Positions 37,583-51,600 of a DNA stretch of 64,000 nt are shown piece by piece. The position numbers and the translations under genes were made by a program. The stretch covers positions 31,186,001-31,250,000 of the forward strand of contig OZ004607.1 of the NCBI GenBank assembly GCA_963924565.1, read 5' to 3'. The stretch is from Ascidiella aspersa (Eukaryota). The notes under the pieces were generated by a model, which worked only from the letters and a program-made list of their open reading frames with translations, had not been told where the DNA came from and ran no database searches. How positions within the stretch are numbered: position 1 is the first letter of the stretch; every line of letters starts with the position of its first letter.

Positions 37583-38463
37583 CTACCGACAGCCACATGC
37601 CTGCACCACCATGTCGTTGTAGGTCTTGAGTATTACTTGGTCGTACTCGTTCAGGTACAGCATCGAGATTGAGTCGAGCTGCGTGGGCACGCAACACGCT
37701 CGCGGCACAGCCTGCTGTAAAACGGCGTGCGCCAGGGACTGGACGATCGCGTGGTTGGTGGCGTTCATGTTGTCGGAAAGCGGGAAGTTACACTTGCCGT
37801 CGCAGTAGTAGGCGTGGTAGCCGTGCGGCGCCGCAATCCACGAGTCCCAGCCAACGTCCTTGAAGTCCACGTAGAGCGTCCGCTTGCGGCACAGGCGCTT
37901 CTTCTTTTTCCTTCGGCGGTTTTTGCGCGACGCGTCACGACGCCGTCTGCTTAGCGACGTCGACGCCGCCTTGCCGTCGTGCGTGTACGTCAGCAGCATC
38001 GGACGTTGGTGGTCCCACTCCTGGTTGCTGACGTCACTATGCAGGTCGCGACGCAAACGCACGTGGCGCGCGTGCGCGCCCTCTGGCGGTGTCCTGTCAT
38101 TGTCACCGACCACTTCCACCACGAGTCCTCGGTTGGCCGGATGCTCATCCTTTGCCCACCTTCTCGTGGCCGCGCTCACGTCGAATCGTTCCCACGTGCT
38201 GCTTCTGACGTCAATCGGCCGCGACTCGATCAGCCTGGTCACGTGACTCCCGACAGCGCCACCCAGCGGCCGGGATGAGTTCGTCGTGACTTCGTAGACG
38301 TTTATCCGGTATTTGCTGCCGTTGCTTTCCGTTTCCTGTCTTATCTCTTTGCGGTGAATGAGCAGCTCCGCGGCGTGCACCACTTCGTACGAAGGAAGGG
38401 CGGTGAGGTCGAACCGCAAGCGAATCTGATTCGTCGAACCGTCTGCCACGTGTTCGTCGGCGT
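37583..38463 (-). CDS. Bmp2/4: BMP2/4 coding exon 2: C-terminal prodomain and mature TGF-beta cystine-knot domain
   Basis: Acceptor TTTCGTAATTCAG|AC at 38464/38463 restores the frame (…[14 protein letters not shown]…). The exon has prodomain motifs [29 protein letters not shown] and RPMLLTY, then furin site RRRR. The mature domain [39 protein letters not shown]…NATNHAIVQ…ACCVPTQL…LYL…[12 protein letters not shown] carries 7 Cys. Spliced CDS is 1269 nt, 422 aa. Confidence 0.98.
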
Positions 38464-41400
38464 CTGAATTACGAAATGCATTAAATTATAATTGAGCCTC
38501 GCTAAAAACTATTATCCTACTTCACGAGCAAAACAGGTGTGTCGGTACCGTTTAGAAATCCAATTAACCTTAATTTTAATATTTTTAAATTTAATTATTA
38601 TATTTTTAAAGAAATGTTAAACAATGTACTCGGGTTTAACGTCTTGACAACGCGTACGTTACAAATTCTTGAGCCACACAAAAAAAAAGAGTCATGTACA
38701 AAGGACCCAAATGTAGAATTGCTAAGTGCTTTTAAAGCACAAAACCCTAATTTTGATACATGGTCAATTACACGATAAGATAGTTTGACCCCGTAAATAT
38801 TGCGCTTCCTTAACTGAAATTTTTAAATGCGTGTTGCGCACGTTTGCTACCATCTGCCTAAGCCATGTCTGTCGATCGGAATCCGAGTTATCCAGGCAGC
38901 CATTGTTCGCCAGTGTGATTCGCCACGTTTTTTGCGGCTACTGTGAACCCTTAATCGTGCGTATTTTGACAGAGGGATTATATGACGTTTATCATGCGGG
39001 ACGTAAAGCGCGTTCTGGGGCAAAGAGTATATTATTAGTTATGGAGCAAGGTCTTTCCTATTTTACTTAGTTTGTCCACGGAGGCGTGTAGTTTTTGCTG
39101 CTAAGGCTTATACGCGCCATGCGTCTTAACGTGTGTGTATTCTGCAAAGGCTTCGAACAATAGAATTGTCAAATTTATTTCACACAATTCGAACGCGGCA
39201 GCGGTGTATTTATGCCTATATAAGTTATGTTTGTGTTACATCTTCGTGTTTTAGTTTAAAAATTTAGTTTACATTTTTAGTTTAAAAATCAAAATACTGA
39301 TTGGAAATCATCAACGCTATTTTTGTAAGTTATTGATGTGTCACACACGAATGTCAAACATTTTTTTAAGAGCACAGTCGGTGGAAAACGAAAGCGGGAA
39401 GAAAAACAACAAATTTGGGTGTTTGGCGCTTGTTTTATTTCGATTTTGTCTTCGTCTCATTTACGAGCGACGTCGGGTCGTCGCGTGTAATTTCCGCATA
39501 TAATGCATTCGCGGGACAGCGAGCGCGGCGCTTTGAAACAATGGTGACGCCGCGACGCAATTCGGTAGCGATTCGGTGTTTGTTATTGCCCTGCTGTAAG
39601 TAGTTAATTGTGACTAGACAAAGGGACAGGCGCCGTTCGGTCAACTGCCAGATTCGAGCGACCCAGAGCTGCAATGATCGGCCGTATTTGACTGTGCATT
39701 ACGGCTTGCGAACATCGACTACGGTGGTATCTTAATTGCGCATGTGACACAATGGCGCACGAACTGTTGGATAAAACTTACACCCAGATGTCCAGCGCTG
39801 TTTTTGCGAACCGTTTGAGGCGATTACAGCTAAACCAGTTATTTTCCTGTCGAAACTACAAGAATCTGGCGAAATTGCCACTGTGTCGAGAAAGTACGAA
39901 TTTGGGGCGTCATTAAGGCTTTTGCTTTCAATTTCGAATCGAGATTTGTCTTGTTATGTTGCGTTTAAGGTCTCAATACCGTGGAAATGGAAAACGAACT
40001 AATTTTAACGCAAATTTATGTACCTCAATATGGCCTACTAAAACAAAGTTTTACTAATAAAATTTTTACGTTAAGTGAACATGGCATCGTGATTTGTCTT
40101 AATGGCAAACATTTTTTTGAAACTTTAATCCCATAAACTCTGGTGACGGAGACAATCATAATGGAATTTTAGGGTTTTAGGCGCGTGCTAATGTTTATCG
40201 AAACAAAACAATCCATTTCTTCCGTTTGTTAACAAGCTTACACCCCTGTCCATGTACATAATGGGGAGAAATAGACACAAACTGTCGTATGTTACTAGTG
40301 TAAAACCATAATGACTCATTAGTATATTTACATTGATGCGCGCCTACATACTGTAGGACCTTTTAACCAGGTCAACGTCTGTATAAGCGGTAAATACTTT
40401 GGGCAGGGCATTGGGATTAACCCATGCGCCTGTTTTAAACTGTATAGCGAATAATGTTTTATTATTTTTATAAGGATGACCAGTTATCAAAACAAAAAAG
40501 GGGGTAGCGAATTGTTGATTTTACTGTTCCATCTGTCAAGCCCCTATGTAAATCAAAAAGAGCAAATACATTTTAATAATAGTTGCGAAGGCAGTGAAAT
40601 TTTATTCGTTTCCGACAATATCTATAAAATGGGGCAATGATTTCCAATGTCAATTTGGCGATGTTTGGTTTGCCACTTATTGTAGCAGTTTATTGGGTAA
40701 GGTAAAACCTTTTATATGCACATATCACGTACGTGTAGCAAATTACCAATGCAAAGTGTTTCTCTTTATATATATAACATCCAACGTGTAGCCACTGTGT
40801 TTTGAACGAATTACGTAAACCCTCATTTAGGTCTTAGTAACGATTAGAAGTAAAACAACCAGTGTACCAAATGCTGGTAATTCAGGGTCAAACACGAGAA
40901 AACCAGTGAGCTATAAACTCGATACGGATACGACGAAGTCAAGTCATAAACAGAGGCAATACTTTGCGGCGCATCCTGATCGGGTTACCCCGGTTTGACG
41001 AGCGCGCCAGCGACTATATGAAGTCCGAGTATATTTCATTAAAAGTCGCGTCGCTTAGTTCTTAAGTCGTATATACGCGATGGGTAATCGCGAATGCGAA
41101 GCGTCATGTGACACCGTATACTATATTGCGATCAGGTCTCGTAACTACTTTATTTCGGTCAGCTCTTTCAGCGACGCTTGACAAAGTGATCTGCAGTATA
41201 AAAGCACACGCGAGGTGTTCCCAATACCTATCCCTTATTAGCCTATCCTTTTATTAAAGCACGAAAACAATCCCATTACGTGAACCACAGCGCGGGCCTA
41301 AACGCAGCATTAACGCGCGGACTGCTAATTTTAAACGCGAACGTTTGCTTTCGTGCCGGGGTCGCTATATTTGGCAGTCACTGTCAAACGCCTGGTAAAG

Positions 41401-41759
41401 CTGACGAATTAATATGACGTAAAGTTATCAGTCACCGGTGACTTTTTCACCAAAAATCCTAGCCCATGTCTGTGAACTTAATTTTATTTTTTAAAAGTTT
41501 ATCTTGCGTGTTAAAATCGACGCAAATTAAACTTTTAAAAAATAACTTGTCTGTTGAATACGATCGTTTAAAGCTGGGACTATCCGTATAATAAAACTAA
41601 ACCTGACGGACGTTCAACAACAAAAGTTGACATATTCGGAGGTCATAATATCTCCAGAATTCATGTTGCTATTTGGCGGAAATTTTCACCCAATCCTTGT
41701 ATTCGGTTCAGCTATTAGGCGCCTACACACTTAATCGAAAAAACGTCTTTTCGACTTAC
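38464..41759 (-). other. Phase-1 spliceosomal intron of Bmp2/4 (3296 bp)
   Basis: GTAAGT donor and CAG acceptor. Joining them keeps the reading frame, and the position after SFHH matches the conserved BMP2/BMP4/dpp intron. Confidence 0.95.
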
Positions 41760-42147
41760 CGATATGGTGAAAGCTCCTGGCCGTGTTGACTCGACTGAGA
41801 AGCTCGTCGCCGGGCAAGTCAAAACCCGGTTCCCAAGCGGTGGCCAAGTCGGCCTGGGCCTCGTACGTATCTCCCATGTGCGCCCTGTACAGGTGCTGCA
41901 TGATCCTGGGTATTTGGGTGCCTGGCGCCGGAGTCGGACGCCTGCTCAACGAGAACATGTTCAGCAGTCGGCGCTCGTAGTCGCTGACCAGCTTTTCTTC
42001 TTCTTCGAGCTCGCCCCCGGTGTACTTGGCGGCCTGGCGGATCAGGTTTTCCCGCCCGACGTCTGACAAAAGCCCCGAGCTAATGTCGATCAGCTGCTGC
42101 ACGAGCAGCGTTAGGAAAACCAGGAAGTCAGCTTTGGGTAACAGCAT
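41760..42147 (-). CDS. Bmp2/4: BMP2/4 (dpp-class) coding exon 1: signal peptide and N-terminal prodomain
   Basis: ATG at 42147 starts MLLPKADFLVFLTLLVQQLIDISSG, a hydrophobic signal-like segment. It is followed by the BMP2/4 prodomain motifs ERRLLNMFSLSRRPTP, IPRIMQHLYRAH and NTARSFHH. The exon ends at donor G|GTAAGT (exon end 41760): 388 nt, phase 1. The TTG start at 42240 in the ORF track is not the real start. Confidence 0.96.
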
Positions 42148-42610
42148 AATCTCCGTTTCCGCTTTCAGGCAGCCTTTTCGCTCACTTCCCTCAGAGAAAT
42201 ATTCCTTTTTTGTGTTTCTGAGTCTGGTTATTGGTTTCAAGCTATTTCCCCTTTACTTTTTGGCATCCTTCTCTCACGCGGAGCTCGGCAGCCTTGCTTC
42301 TTCCTTGTCGGTCTGCTGTTTCCTACACACAAAAACACCGGCGTTCAGATTGGCCGCGCACATTTCTGCTACTTTATTTCACCGCGAAATCGCCGCCGTT
42401 ACGTTCAGCCTGCAACTCGGTAAAGCCAAATCGCTTAGACTCTCGCGTCGCCGGCAACCCGAAAAAGAGAAGCGAAGAAGGGGCTGCGCGTGTCGCCAAA
42501 CTCTCTCGCGCGTGCGTGAGCGAAAGAGCTCGTCGATTAAAAAAAATTCCTTTTACAAATGAATCGTAAAACAGCCGTATTTACTGCAATCTGCAAAACA
42601 ACTTAGTTTT
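42148..42610 (-). other. Probable 5'UTR part of the ATG-containing exon, with its 3' splice acceptor
   Basis: Minus strand reads AAAACTAAGTTGTTTTGCAG|ATTGCAG: acceptor AG ends at 42591, with a tandem alternative AG 7 nt downstream and AT-rich intron-like sequence upstream. I saw no stronger acceptor between here and the ATG. Confidence 0.6.
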
Positions 42611-45600
42611 AGCCTTATCGCTTTACGTCCACCCTATATCAATTTGTTTTGATTAATTGTAAAAAACATTATACGCAAGCATTTAAACATCTTCAAATAA
42701 ATTACTTCTGTAATATTTTATTTCAATACGGTTCTATAAGGTTTATCTGCTCAATTTCGCCTTGTTTAAACATTTGTATCGCATTTTGACCGCTTTTTGT
42801 TAGCAAATCGTAGCAACTGGCCACCCGGCACGTTTCAACAAGTGTAAGTACAACTCTGGGCCATGTCGCAGACACCCGGCGGTATAGACGCGGCGAATAC
42901 TTAGCCACCGCAAATTTCCAATGAATATTTTGAGCAAATAGCCGAGAGCATTGGCATTTGTTTGAAGAGGGTTGAACGAAAGGCCCGAGCCGGATTCGAA
43001 TTGAAAGGTCCCATTCAGTTTGGAGCTAATCCATTTTCGTCCCAACTGGACATAATCAAACCATAAGCGATTGTTTGGGACGTTGTAAGGCGAAACATTG
43101 ATCAGCGAAAGGTTAAAAATAAGGTTAACCGCTCTTTCTCTTTCTCTCTGTTTCACACTGTATAAAATGACAAATGTATTCTTGTCAGAGTAGAGCGAAG
43201 CTATTAGCGTCACTTAACCGTTGGTGGACGTTTTTTCATTCACTAAATGGCAGACGAAAAGCCCAGACTAATTGTCAATAGCGTGCAGGCATTGTTTTTT
43301 TTGGTTTGTATGGTTAATGTATAGTGTTAGGCTGCGGTTTTACCTTGTTCATTAGTATGGTTGTCTCAATCAACTTGTTTTGTCAATCCTATATAAACCC
43401 TTGCCAAAATTTAACATATATAAATTGCTGCAAAATTCTTGGCATTAAATGAAATAAAATCAAAAGTATTGTCTGTCCGTTGATGTATTAGGAGCTTTAA
43501 ATGTTGAATGCATCCGGTGAATGATTTTGTGAACTAACGAGGCACGCGTATTGAGCGTCACAATGCGGACACCATTTTGGGCGCGTTTCTTGACTTTTTT
43601 TCTCGAAAAGGCACAAAGGTGGATGTCTGAGTATGTCAAACAACGGGGTAACAATGAAAATTCGGGGCGGGGCCCCCGATGGCCGCCAAAAGCGGACTTA
43701 ATCTCTTTCTGCTTGTTTAAAGTGTCATCGTTGAAATTAAGCTGGTGAACCACTGTTTGGTCTGGAAACTTGGTTCGCTCATGTCGACGTGGATTGAGAT
43801 AAGAATCTATGTTTTCGATGAGTGTATGATGTGATGCGACAATTAGCGTAGCGCCGTTATACGTATTCACTTTTACTTAAATTGAGTTTATCTCAGAAAA
43901 GAAGCAGAAACTTGTTGCTGCAAAATTTTAAATGAACGGTATTAACTGTGTACTAAAGAGTGCTTTAAAAACAATGGGAGTTTATGAAACCATCAACATA
44001 AAAACATTTACAGAGCCAATAGCTAGGCCTAGACTATTCACTTAGCGTAACAGTATTCAGCTTTGGCCGAAACTTGGAACGCCTTTTTACAACTTCACTA
44101 AGGCGCTTTAAAAGCGTTTTAACTGGGCTTCTTGTACTCTTGAAGTGCGTTTAGGCAAAGGAGGTTAAAGTTACGCTTTCTACTCATGTGGCGGCGCGGT
44201 GAAAGGCTTTGGACGGTCGGTTAACATCCCACCTCACGAAAAAGCAACACGCGAGACTGCGCCGTGACATCATAACATATCGCGCTGGCAATGAGCGACA
44301 CACTGTCGTCAATATTGACATTGGTAATCGCAGTTACAATAAACAGGCCCAATGTTAAAATTGCGGGCTTCACGTAACAGCGACTATAGTCATATTTTGA
44401 AAATTTGGGTCATTTTGAGCAAGAAAGAAGATTGATTGCGCATTATACGATAAATAAACCTGAAGGAATTCGAACTGTTTTCAGTTGACTGGCAGTCGCC
44501 AAACACTTGTAAGGCTATGACGGTTTTTAAACGCACCCAAACATTACATGTCGTGGTAAGGGGTCTTGTAAAACAGCAACCGGCAACGTACTTCTTAGCT
44601 TAATCTCCCGTGTTTTCTTACCGGGCGCCTCATACAACGGATTTGCGCCAAGGGCCAGCGAAAGCGGCGGACGTCCCCAGCGCAAAGAGTTATACTGCCA
44701 CTGTACAATATAATTAGCAGCGCGTAAGTGGGAGGCACACTTCCTACGGCCCAAAGGTGCATGGCATGTCCGCGTTACCGCGCCGGACCGCTTGCAAGGG
44801 TTTAATCACATAATTGCGGCTTCCAAACCAGTTTCTGCTGTTTGTTTTGGATTATTGTCGTAAAATTTGCGTTTAATTTACGGCCTGTTGGCAGCGTGGC
44901 GAGTTGTTCACGTTGTAATGGTTGTTGTCGTATTTTCAGTCGTTTGCGTTTGCGACAGCTTCTGATCTGTGCGTTCAGCGAACAGCTGCTTAATTTTTTT
45001 TGTTAAAATTCGTGCGCGTAAAATTAAAAACAAAATTGATTTTTGATGAATGACCCGACAACATAGGCCTTTTTGTCTTTTTAGGGCCATACAATTTGAA
45101 GCTGGAAAGTATAATAATTAGGTTGTTGTGTGGAAATGGCAACCCGTCGTTTCAGCTAAAATATTGCAGGCATCAGCCTTCACGAGTTCAAACAGTTTTG
45201 TAAGTGTTAGTAAATTGAAAAGAAAAACGAATAATTTGAACAAGAAGCAAAACCTGTATATGGCGGCGAAACGCGTCCAGAATTACGCAAGCGCAAATAA
45301 CAAAATTGAGGTCGGAAGCGCAGTTATCAATCTATCCGGGCAGGAATTCCTCCGGAATGCGAATCTCGATCCGCATTCCTCGGTTTATTGAGAAATGTCC
45401 GAGTCCAAAAATATGCACAGCTAGCTGGTGTATCGCGTCGCTGCGAACTTGAAACGGGCGCGTAACCCCGTGATTGGCACTGCGCGAAACAAACAAAAAA
45501 AACTTGTTCCCACGTCGAATACCGCTACTTGAGCGGGAAGATTATTACATGGGCCGTACTATACCACTTTCCACAGCTTTAACGCTGTCGAACACGACAA

Positions 45601-48600
45601 CGCGCAAGTTTCCCATCGACTAGTGCAACGATGACAGTGATCCCGCTCTTGTTTTAAAACGCTAAGTAACGGCCCGGGCCCATTATTATCGCGCCGCGCA
45701 CAAGTGCCCGGTCGCTGCCGGACCGTCGCGATTACAAAGGGCGACTGTGACTTTCGCGGCCCGATTTTCGCCCGTATAGACGTATACAAAGCCCGGGCGA
45801 GCTAAACCCAATAATCGAGGCGACGCAACGACAGTTTTGACACGACTCTGCGGTCGCCGCGACGCGTTTTAACTTCCTCGATTCGCGCGGATTTCTTTTT
45901 CTTCCCTCATGGCTACACAAAAGCTCTGGCGTTTGGCCAAATACTTCGACACGTGTGCCTTCGACGTTGTTAGACCATTGGAAAAAACGTAATGCGGTTG
46001 TTTTTGAAACGCTTTCAACGAACGCCAATTAAAAAAGAAAACTTCGTCCACCAATATATCCCCGTGTGATTCATGGTTATTTAGGGTTCCAACCTTAAGC
46101 TTCTTTTGACATTTTATCTTGATTTAGTCACTGTTTTGGAATCCAAGGTGTCAACAAAAAAATAGCTGTTCTGTTAATTGTTTTGTTCTCAATATTTTGA
46201 CTAATAGATAATAATAGGTCGTCGAATTGCTGTAGAACAAAAATGATCACCAGAGAACCTATTTTTGATTTATTTTATGCCTGTTAGCTATAGTGTTCAT
46301 ATTCCACAGTGCTATTTTGAGCATTACGTCTTGTCGATACAGTGGATTAAGAACTTCTCTGCGGAAACGGGTTGCAAACAGAATTCTACGAGCCGGAATA
46401 AACAACTTTCGACGGGTAAAGGTAGGAGTTCCCCATTTCAAAATGAGGCCCGAAATCGCATAAGAGCCGAGAAAACGATGGGCTTGCGGTTGTGTAATGG
46501 CCTGTAATACCATTGTGCCCCGATTGGGTAATTGTCGGCCTCAAGGTGCCTGTGTGCGGGCCTAAGTGGTACCAGCTTGTCCGGGGGTCAACCTTCTCGA
46601 CACCTGCTAGACAAAGCCCGACCAAGATTGGAGGCTAATTTTCGCCTTGGTGGGCGGCGTTTTGCCGTTCGCCAGCAATTGACATTAGTAGGTTTATAAG
46701 ACTCGTACTGTTTTGGATCAACGGTGTTGTATGTGTATGTACCCTTGGTTGTTTTTCTGCTGGATGTATAAGTTGTTTTTAAGCGCCCAACATAGACTCT
46801 ATAGTAGCGCGATTTGTTCGAATTAGTTCGGCTATTGATAAAAAGAAACAAAAACGCTCTAGCCCAGGAATTCAGAAAAGGCCAATTTTCTGAAATTAAA
46901 AACGTATTGTCGGCGCTTTTAAATTATTTGCGAATGCTTTGCCAGCCGCTCGAATACTCTAAACCTCGAACGCCCAGCGTTCTGCGGGTGCCGCTTGAGC
47001 GATCTGTGTAGCCCCAATTCCACGTTTTCACCCCGTTGGTTTATGGTCGTACCAGCTAGGGCCACGGATTCCAGGCGTTCCGCGGCAGTGTAAGTCGTCA
47101 AAGCACTTGAGCCGGGGCCCTGCGAGGCACTAAAGCACGCAAATAGCGTTGGAGCGATGCTAATGAACTGTTAGTCAGCGGCCGGCAATCGCATTGGGTT
47201 GCCGCCTACAACAACACAACTGCGCCGAAAAATCCGCACTGCTTAAGCCCGGCTAATGTTACCCGGCCGATCGCTGCCGTTGCATTGCCTTTAAGCAGGT
47301 CGCCCTTAGCATAAGTGTAATGCAAGGCCGCCACCGTGGGTAAGAAACCACCACTAATGTTGTGCACCTGTCAGGTTTTTCTGTGATACGCTTAACGTGA
47401 AAGGCAGGCCGTTCGTTACACACCCAAGTGGAAACTCATATTTCATATAGGCCCCGGATAGCGTGCCGCAGTCCCAACTCCCAGGGGCAATCATTTAGGG
47501 TGCACTGGGTCATTTTTAACAGGCCCCTTTTTTCGTTGGGTAACGGCACTCTTAACAGATCAGACAAATGTTGAAAAACGCTCTTGTAAGATATGACAAT
47601 TTTTTTAGGTTAAATATGATACGCATTGGAGATTGCCGAGAATGATATTTAAAATTGCGTTGGCAAATGTGTACATTTGTATATAGATCTACTTTCGTTT
47701 ATCTCTCTGGCCTCTTACAGTAAAGCTTCGCGCCAAACGTTGTCCATAAGCGGCTCCCGCGAGCAATTCTGTTGTCGCCAAAAAAAAGAAAAAAATGCAT
47801 CGGCCGATAAGCAGCGACTGTGAAATGCAACAGAATGCCGACAACATCACGTCCCGCGCAAGATTTACCAACGCCGCCCCGCCCGGATATATTTAGGCTG
47901 CGCTAATGCGCGAAGGAAGCCACGGCGCATAAAGCGTTATATACGGTTTATCGCACCTAGCTTGGTTCACGCCTAAATCGCAACAACACTCTCACGCGTC
48001 GGCGGAAAATTCGGCAGAATTCCGATCAAAGATCAACTTCAAAAAATTTCCTTTTCTTTTCTTTCTTTCGTCAGCGCCGATGAATCAGCCCGGAACAAGA
48101 AGCGTTTTGTCAAGTGTCATGCTCGTTTTCACGGTACGCACGCCGGGTCAGTTCTGTTTATTGTTGTTGTCCATCGCCCTCTGACGATGACGAATGGCTC
48201 TGGCGACAGGCCATCGGCAGCCGAGACGTCGTGCGCGTTTGCGCATGCGCACTGCACTTTGCCCTCCCGTAGCGCCATATTTATGCATAAGCTCGGCCTC
48301 CGAGAAGCAATGTTACTGCCGGAGGGGTGTGTGGGCTTGAACAAATATGGCCGCAGTCGTGTTGCATTTGAATACATGTAAAGTGAATTGACTGAAAGCG
48401 GAGAAAAATGGCGCCGCCACGTGTTCAATGCTCTGGCTTATGTTTGCTACCTAATAGGCCACTTTGAGAGTCAAATTGTTGTTTATGAGATACCTTAATA
48501 AACAAATAATAGTTTAAGTCGGTAAATAATATTGATTGCCAAACAGTGAATAAACTGCCAATGGACTTCTTTATAACATGCTCCGTTAGGCTTAGCTATT

Positions 48601-51600
48601 TGTATCAGTTTATAAAGCTTTATAGTATTAACCTGTACGGAAAACAATTCGATTATACGCTTAGAGCAACGCTTTTGGCCAGGTTACATCCCCGTAATGA
48701 TCCTGAGAAAAGATCACAGCACTCGCTTGATGCCCCAACAACAGACCGTTTGGCACTATCTTGATTAATTGACTCGGCACTGCAGCAGCAATTCGAGCGA
48801 CAATATAATTCGTTCGAATTGTAGCAGTTTCCACTTGTTCACAGGGTGCGGAGCGGTCGTGTATATATAAATCAAGAGGCGAGGCTCGTTAACTTAAATA
48901 TACTCATATGCTGGTGGCCGTAAGACGAGAATTTAATTTCCCGCGGCGCCTCAAAGTAAAGAAAAACTGTTTAGATCACCTAATTTGAAATACGTGATTT
49001 TTCATTAACTGCGTCTTTGGCGATACCGTGCGAACACGTGTGTCTAAAAAACTAATAATTTAGTCCGCAGGGCAATTTCTAAATAAAATACACGAGTAGA
49101 GTCGTTCAATACGTTATTTTCAACAAATTTTTTTCTTTAAAACGAAAAGTTCGAAAGAATTTTGCTGAACTGTACTTTTCGCTGTAGATGTTCAATTGTT
49201 CATAATTTTATTAATTTTGCTTCATTTTATTTATGAAAATTATACACCTCCAACAACACTGTACTTAAATTTGCTTTTAAATTTTGGCAACTGTGTAAAA
49301 CGTTGCTGGCATATTTGGTTTTATATGTGATGTGTAAGTCTCGGTCAACTTTGGGTCAAACGACCCTGCCCCGAAATAGCATTACACAACATCCAATGCA
49401 GCAAAGGCAGTGGGTAAATGGCCTGTAATAACACGCTCCAAATTGCGCCCTACGTCGCCATGTAATTGGCTAGATGCGTATCGGGGTCCTGTCTACATCT
49501 GATTCGGGTTTGATTACAAACGTTTGCTGAGTTTTATGCGCCGTTGCCAAAGCCAAAGAACATAAATCGGCCCTCTGTGATTTGTAGCCGGGGCCGGTTT
49601 AAGATCCCTCGACCTAGCGACTCCAGGCAAAGCAGTATTAGCCGACATCACTCATACCAGTAAACTACATAATACGCAGTAAGTAGGGCTTAGGCTGGAC
49701 GACGTCGTTTACGGTATCCCCCTGATTTTTCCCTAACCAGCGGACTTGTTTGCATCAACGAGGGGCCGCTCGCTTCCTCGTAAATCGACACGCTTTAATT
49801 CCGCCCAATGGCAGGAAATATGCGAAGATTTGCTTCATTGGTTTAGATTTAAACGCGTGTGTTTTTCGGCGACGGGCGCGCTGCAAAATCCGTTTTACAT
49901 ATCGTTTAGCGAAATGGATACCGACTTCGGCAAACGCAATTAAGGCACTTTACTGCGATTTAGCTATAATATGCAAATCTAAAACCTTAAGATGGATATT
50001 TTGCAAAAAAACTTATAGCTTTGTTTAAAAGGCGGATAACACTGGTAGGGAACCCACGTGTAAATTTCTATAATGAGGCGTACAATTATTGCGTGCACCA
50101 ATTAATATTCGTGTGACGAAAAGCAAACAAACAGTTGCAATGCTAATAATAATAACCGCTGCTGTTCATATGAAAAGTAAATATTCCTTTTGCTTCGCTC
50201 TTCTGTCTGCTGACCCCGAGCAAAACGCCGTATCCCCGCCGCAATTATAAGCTCTACGCACGACTGTATATATTTGCCGGTTAACCCGCTGTTTACACTT
50301 CGAGCGACGCCAAATTTCACGCCGCATTACGATCGCTGGCTGCTGCTTTGCTGCCACAATGAACCCTGGCTGCCACAGCCAACCCGCGTGTGAGGCCGTT
50401 TATTGGGGGTGCTACGCGTTGGAGATCGTCGAACCATTTTCTCAGCAAGTCAGCCAACAAATGCGCGGCCCCGTAACAAAAATATAACACGATACCATAC
50501 GTCACAAATTTAAATAAGATGGGAGGACGGTTTTGACTCGCGTCTTCTACTACCTTGTTTTCGTGTTATTAGCCAGTTGACACAAGTACTTGGCCTATAT
50601 TCAACTTGTTTTCCTCGCTTTTTGGTGGCCGCTTTTCCAATTTGTACGATGAAAACAAAGTGAAATGTGGAGCTCTGTCCTTTAAACTTTGTTGTGCCGT
50701 GTCAAACCACAGACAATGCTGATAGACTTGTCTTTAAGGTTCCAACCTTTAACAGGGAGGCAGACGGCACGGATGCGAGCTTTTTCACTTACCGTAACAT
50801 ACACACAGCTCGTCGGAGGTTAAGTGAAAGCCCGTTTGAGCGCGGCATTCTTCACGGGAAAAAACCCGCAGCCCCCATATAGGCCCACCGACAACAAAGA
50901 CTCGACGAATAAGCGGAGACAACGCGTAAATGAAGCGTAGTGATTGCGTGCTGTTGTTCAACTTTTACGAAACATACCAGGACGACTGCGATTTCTGATG
51001 ATTTGTGCGCTGTTTCAACTTGAAATCCGAATTTACGAGCGAAGTGTGATTGTCAATATCAAATCAATTCAAAAGTTAAACCTTGCAGAACGCGCAAGCC
51101 TCAATTACCTGCTGGCGTTTATGGATAAACCCGGCCATTAGAGTACGCGATCGTTTTAAGTCGGTTCCTATACTTTTAAAACGCGGTTCTCGGTCTGATG
51201 CGATAAAATGATTACAAGTTTCGCAATGCCGAATGCGGTTTCAAGCTGAAGGAGAAAATCTCGCTTGTTTCGAGGCCAATAAACGTCACAGCCCGGGACT
51301 CGCAAGGCCCGTGCCCTGTGTATGAAAACACGCGCGGGCCCCTTAACGACACTGTTGATGTATGGTCCTGTCCTTTAGCCGTCGATAGACATCAGTGACA
51401 GGCACGCGCAGTATTGACATTTACCTGCCACATCAGAGGCAAACATGTCGTTGCGGTCGTTGGGTACAAGTCGGTATATAGTTGCCATAAATTTGTCGGA
51501 GTTTGCTCAGTTTAGTTGTTTCCTACGAATTGATGCCGCATCGCAACACTTTGTATACACAGGGTCTTACATCGCAAATACCCAAAATATAAAAATGCTT

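Noticed and set aside
42148-42240. 31-aa N-terminal extension of Bmp2/4 in the ORF track
   Set aside because: It starts at TTG. The first in-frame ATG (42147) directly precedes the signal peptide.
42020-42569. 180-aa and 112-aa plus-strand ORFs, and other ORFs antisense to the Bmp2/4 exons (37432-38278, 41764-42066)
   Set aside because: Antisense shadows of GC-rich coding or UTR sequence. No recognisable domain and mostly non-ATG starts.
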